DNA from: the human T2T-CHM13v2.0 reference genome, Homo sapiens
DNA length: 64,000 nucleotides
Reading direction: 5' to 3' (one strand)
Assembly (NCBI RefSeq): GCF_009914755.1
Contig: NC_060926.1
The position numbers and the translations under genes are program-made. Below, in pieces: positions 58,226-64,000 of the stretch (its first letter is position 1; each line of letters begins with the position of its first letter). The notes below the pieces were generated by a model. That model was not told where the DNA came from and ran no database searches. It saw only the letters and a list, made by a program, of their open reading frames with translations.

Positions 58226-59946
58226 TATAACTAGATAGTGCAACCTGAATTTACTTCAATAACATTATAACTTGTGAATCTCAATTCTGTTTTTGTGTTT
58301 TCCAAGGTATCTAGAATTTCATTGCTGACTTAATCATTTTAAAATTGTGTTCTTTCCTGTTTTTAAACTTAATAATGGATTTAAATAACTACAAAATGGT
58401 TCCTAATCTTACCCTGTAGTTTCACAGAATAAATCCATTGAGCATTTAGAGGTTTCATAAAAGGACTATTATGTCCCTTGCAAAATTTCAGTTGTATAAG
58501 AATAAATAAACTTTGAGAAAGAAGAAATCAGTGATATGATAACAACTGGCTCAGTTGAACACTTTCTGTTTGGGGATTTCTGTTCATGGCAACCAATTAT
58601 TCTTTTTAAATTACTTTTTTTAAAACACTATAAAAATCTTTCCTATTCCATGTATACCAATTAATATTTATATAATAGTAATTCAAAATAGTCTTTCATG
58701 TAAGTTTCCTTGTATTCTCCTATATTCTATTTGATCACTGAAACTATATGGAAAGCTCTATATTTTCTCTTCTGCCAAAATATATTTGTTCATAAATGCT
58801 CCATATGACTAAGATCCTAGATCACTTCTTACAGGACATTTGCCACTGCTCAAGTTTTAAATTTAAACTATGAGGAATTGATATTTCCTTGCATATGTCT
58901 TAGGATATTTACTGTAAATCAATACAATGTATTTTTAATAATGTTAATTTTTGGCATTGTAAGTATTTCTGAACATAAGTGTTTAGTTTGAGCAGTGGCA
59001 AAAACTTTCAATTGCAATAATACCATTCTAAGAAAACGATGTAAGAAATGATAAAAGCGTCTCTTGATTTTTTAAAATTCAGTTTTATTTTTCTCTTGAA
59101 TTTTAGATTCTCTAAAGAGTTATATATTTAAAAAGTTTATGATGAGCAACTGGAAAAATAACAACAACAAAATACATTGTCTAAAAATAATGTAAAAATA
59201 AATAATTATCAACCTATATTATGCAAGTTACAAAACTTGACTGAGACAAAATGGAAGATGCTAAGTGGGATAACATATTGATCCCTTGCAAGAAGCCTAA
59301 ATGTGGCAATGATGTTAATTCTTTTCTAATTCATCAAAAATTGTTCATATAATTCTTCTTAGAACCTTAAAAAAATTTCACACAAAATATTAAATGAACA
59401 GCATATTAAATAATTATATGTAAGAACTGAATGGTATGAAAAGCCAGCTTACCTCCTCTTTGTTGTAAAACAAACAAAAAAAGCAGTTCAAAATGAGGAA
59501 GGGTTGCAAACACATTTTGATACTTAACTATTGAAAGATACCTACTGATCAGGATCTTGGTAAATTAAAAACAAAATAGAAAGATACCTACTGAAATGAC
59601 CAAATAATATAAAAGCAAGAAAAAAATCTATATTAATGATGCTATATATAAAAGAGTGACATTCATTTTCCATAAGCAACACATTAAAGTTTAGAAACTA
59701 TATATGAACACATTGAAGTTTCTTTCAAAAAACCCTTCAGACAAAAGGCTATTATGTCCAAATAAAGAAAACAGATTGAACAAATCTTATTTAGGCATAA
59801 AAACCATTTTCTTAATTCCAGAAAAAAAGCCTAGAAACTAAATGGGCCAAAGTACACAAGAGAAAACTTACTGAAATAATCTAGGGACCACGAGGCTGAG
59901 AGGCTCAATGACACGCCAGGCCAAAACAGATAAAAAAGAATCACAG

Positions 59947-60865
59947 TGATAATAAAGCAGGATATTTCCCTAACCACTTCATGGGACTCTCAACAAGGGT
60001 GCCTCGTTCACCCAGCCCACAGCTTTAAACTCCCCGTGGGAGAATAGAGTGAACAAGGTGGGAAATGGAGTGCATGAACCCTGAAACTAACCGGCCACTT
60101 CGGCGCTGGCAGGGGCAAACTCCACTCACTGGGACCTGCTGTGTTCTACCCCTCTCGGGAGGAAGCACACAGGTGAGCAGGTGCAGGAGCCAGGGCGAAT
60201 TCTTCTGGGCACCAGCAAAAGAAAACTCTGTGCAGGCCCTGCAGCAGTGCCTTGGTGGGGCCGGGGGTGGGGTGGTTCCCGTGACCCCTGAACCCCCAGA
60301 GGGTGTGTTACAGTGCTCTTTTAGCTCTGCCATCCATGGACAGCTTAAGTGTTAACAGTTAAATGGGCCCTCTTGTATTTGCACTCGTGGCTCCCAAGCT
60401 CTTGTCCTATGTCCAGGAGAAATGAGGTCACAGGAACAAATCAAAGTGTATTAAATGTGGGAGATTTTATTGCAGATGAAAGTGGCTCTCAGTGGGAAGG
60501 GGAGCTAAAAAGGCCAGGGTGGGAAGGTAATCTTCCCATGAAGTTCAATCATCTCAAGCCGGATTCTTCTCTCAAGTTATGCCGTCAAGCCATCCCTCTG
60601 AAGTCAAGCTGCTTCTCTCTGATGTCCACTGTAGTCTCTAACACCCAGCTGCTTCTCCTCTCTGCTGAGTCTGGGGTTTTTATAGGTACAGTATGGGGAA
60701 CAGGGCAGGCCATGGGTGGTTTTGGAAAAGGCAGCATTGGAGTGGGAAAACAGGTATGTAAGGTTTCACTTTGGGCCGTGGTCTCAAGCTTTTCAGGTTG
60801 AGGGTGAGGCTTCTCCAGGGGCCTGTCCTTTTTGCTTAGAATTTCTCTGCCTCCTATCCCTATCA
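59947..60865 (-). mobile_element. ERV1 solo LTR, LTR1D-like
   Basis: Minus strand starts tgatagggataggaggcagagaaattct; cctataaaaaccccagact; TSD acag/atag; left boundary +/-7 bp. Confidence 0.8.
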
Positions 60866-61146
60866 ATAGTGTTTTCCATAACTTGGCATGTTCCTAATAT
60901 GATGAGTTCCTTACTGTGGAATCTAGACAAGCAGCTACAAGAAATCTGTCATATCCACATCTGGTATGTGACATGGAGACTAGAACAAAGCAGAAACAAC
61001 AAAGAGAGACTTGGCCAAGCAGTTCCTCCATAATCAAAGAATAAACCATGTTCCTATTTGGGCCTTATGTCAAATGTTTAGAAAAAGGCTAATATTCCAC
61101 TTAGAGTAAAAATTTAAACATCTCATTTTGTAATAAGAAAAATATA

Positions 61147-61408
<262 letters not shown>

Positions 61409-61879
61409 TTATACTCAATTCAAGAAGTTATAAAAATAATATAAAGTTTATTGAATGTAATAATATAATGTAATTATGTAATAGTGTAATGTAATGTAAA
61501 AATTAGAATGTAATGATATTCAGTAATAAAAGTGATAAAAACAACAAAACCTACCAAACTGAAAAATATAGCAAAAGTCAGCAAATATTATACCAAAAAA
61601 ATCTTACTTGTTATTCAAGGAAAATTAAATAAATAAAACAGATATAATTATGTTGGAAAATCTGGCTCTAGCCAAATTTAGCAAGTACCTTAAAATTTTT
61701 CATAGATTTTAGGTTGAAATGTGTGAAAGTCATGGTGAAGTAGATGCTTTTCCAGGAAAGTAATATATACAGAGGAAGATTACATAAATTCTAGCTTGAT
61801 TAAATTAAAAATATATTAGTCTATAAAAGGTAAAAAACTTTATTTAAAAAGTCCATTTTAAAGTTGCAGAAAATAAGAC

Positions 61880-62440
61880 GTGTCATATTAGTATAAAGGC
61901 AAAAATGTCAATATATAGAATAGAAAGTCTGGAAAAAGACTCCCACAAATATGGTCAATTGATTTTTATCTAAGGTATATAGAAAATTTAGTGGAGAGAG
62001 GATTGTTTTTTTCAACAAATGGTGCTAGACAAATGGGATATTCATAGGCAAAACATGGCCTTTTATATATATCTTGTACCACATACAAAATTTAAATTAA
62101 AATGAATCATATACTTGAACATAAAGCATGAAATTAGACTTCTCATAGCCATATAATGGAATTATACTCAACTGTAAAATTAATGCACTATTATTACATG
62201 CAACAACACAGGTGTTGCTTAAAAAGTAACCTGAGTTAAAAATTCAGATGAAAAATAAATACATACTGTATGATTTTATTTATGTAAAATTTTAGAAAAT
62301 GCAAACTAATCTACAGAGATGAAAAGCAGATTAGCTATTTCTTGAGTCAGGGTTGATAAGGTGGAAGGAAGATATTACAAAGGGTCCCAAGTAACCTTTT
62401 GGGGATGATATGTTGATATCATATGTTCTTCATCCTGATT
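61880..62440 (+). mobile_element. Old L1M fragments (ORF2 end and 3'UTR)
   Basis: atatggtcaattgatttt...ttcaacaaatggtgctagac; catactgtatgattttatttatgtaaaattttagaaaatgcaaactaatct. Confidence 0.7.
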
Positions 62441-64000
62441 TTAGAATTTAAATCCTCTTCTTTCATTAGAAGTCATGAGAGAAAAAAAAGACTTTATTAT
62501 TAAATATAGCTAACAAAAGAAACTATCTTTCTATAAAGGAAAAATAACTTCATAAGCTCTAAAAATTTTTTAACACTTTCAAAAACTCTCTTCAATATCA
62601 GGCAAGAATATATAAACTCCACTAAATAAGAAAGTGTTATATTGAGAGAAAAAAATGAAAATAACATCTTATGTAAAAACATGAATAGAATAAAAACAAT
62701 TTTGAAAAGTAAAAGAAAATAACAGCAAAATCAAAATACGTATTAGAGAAAATGAATTACACATAAGACTTCACTCTATAATCTCTATAGACATAAGTAA
62801 TTAATGTTCAGGGCAAACATGAAAACAAAGGGAAGATTAATAATCATAGATATCTGAGAGAAAAAAGATAGTAATTCAGTGTAGAAATCATTTAGTTATT
62901 GAAAAAACGTACAACATATTCTAAATTGAAGCAGTCATAGAAGAAGCAACAGAGGTATATTTCCCTGACTGGAAGAAAGGTTTGTGTATGTATGTTGAGT
63001 GAGCTCATAGATGTCTGGACAAATTTAAAATAAGGGAGAGGAGACTTGAATCTAGCCTTAGTAATATAAACTCTTGAAATGTAATTAAAAAATAAATCAG
63101 AAAAATGTCAAAGAAATAAAGAGGGAACATTCTATCTAAATAACATAGCTATCTTTCCTTTTAACTTCTCTGGTACAGTGAATAACAAAGCAGAATCATC
63201 TTGTTTTTGACAACTAAAGAAAACTGAGCAATATCCTAAGATACTTAAGATTCAAAATGATGTTCTCTATTGAAGTGTTCCTAAAAAGTACCCCTTGCAA
63301 TACTACATGAACAAATCTACAGGTAAAATAAATTATTAATGTTAGCTAAAAATCAGGGATTTTGTGTTATAGAAAATAAGCAATGAACATTTATATTTAT
63401 TTTTCGAATCCTGGCTGTTTCTTAAACCAAAAACAGGAAAGTAAGGTTTGTAAAAGTATTCATATGATTAAATAGAAATTGATTTATTTAACACATATAC
63501 TTTGGAGGAAACATTTCTGTCACAAAAGAGATAAAAAATAACACATACAAAAAAGTAACTGCACTTTATTTTCACAATTGGATATAGATGAAGAAAATAG
63601 AAAGGGAAATGTATCATAAATTTATAATCTGTAGTAAGTCATTATAAAACACTTTGCTATACCCTGGACTTTAAGAAATATATGTCCATTAGGCCTTTAA
63701 AATCAAAATAAAATGTTATATATGCATGCATTTACATAGAGATATAGGTACACTCTATATTCATATGTAATATATCCACATATATAAAAAAGAAGGTAAC
63801 AGTAAGAAACATAGCTCACATATAAAGTAAAAGGAATAAAATAAAGACATAATAGGCTGACATTATAACAGTAAAGAAAACTTAATAGAGACAACTGGAA
63901 AATTATGGGTACCACAATTAATATAAATGGCTTAAACCCTTTTGTTATGACACAAAAAATCTCAAAATGGATTAAAAAAAATCCAATTACGTATTTTTCT

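Noticed and set aside
60025-61033. ORF cluster up to 150 aa
   Set aside because: Chance ORFs in a GC-richer LTR1-family element.

Overview
AT-rich, gene-poor primate (human-like) DNA, either intergenic or deep intronic. No intact protein-coding gene is recognisable: the supplied ORFs are L1, Alu or LTR fragments, microsatellite translations or chance ORFs. Recognisable elements are an ERVL internal remnant, several L1s (one with a twin-priming-type 5' inversion), about 12 Alus, a Tigger2-type DNA transposon, a complete MST (MaLR) provirus with TSD, two LTR1-family solo LTRs, an LTR12C solo LTR, MLT1/L2/MIR/MER5 relics and a hY3 RNA retropseudogene. The most unusual signals are local template-switch scars. 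One is a ~200 bp inverted duplication inside an Alu whose linker became a (TA/CA) microsatellite (45.8-46.5 kb). Another is a ~143 bp inverted templated insertion in an L1, copied from the loop between two inverted Alus 2.3 kb away. There are also several (TA)n-associated fold-back hairpins. A few candidate promoter or exon signals in unique sequence are reported at low confidence. I found no convincing new multi-gene system. Repeat subfamily names come from recalled consensus similarity and need RepeatMasker/Dfam confirmation.
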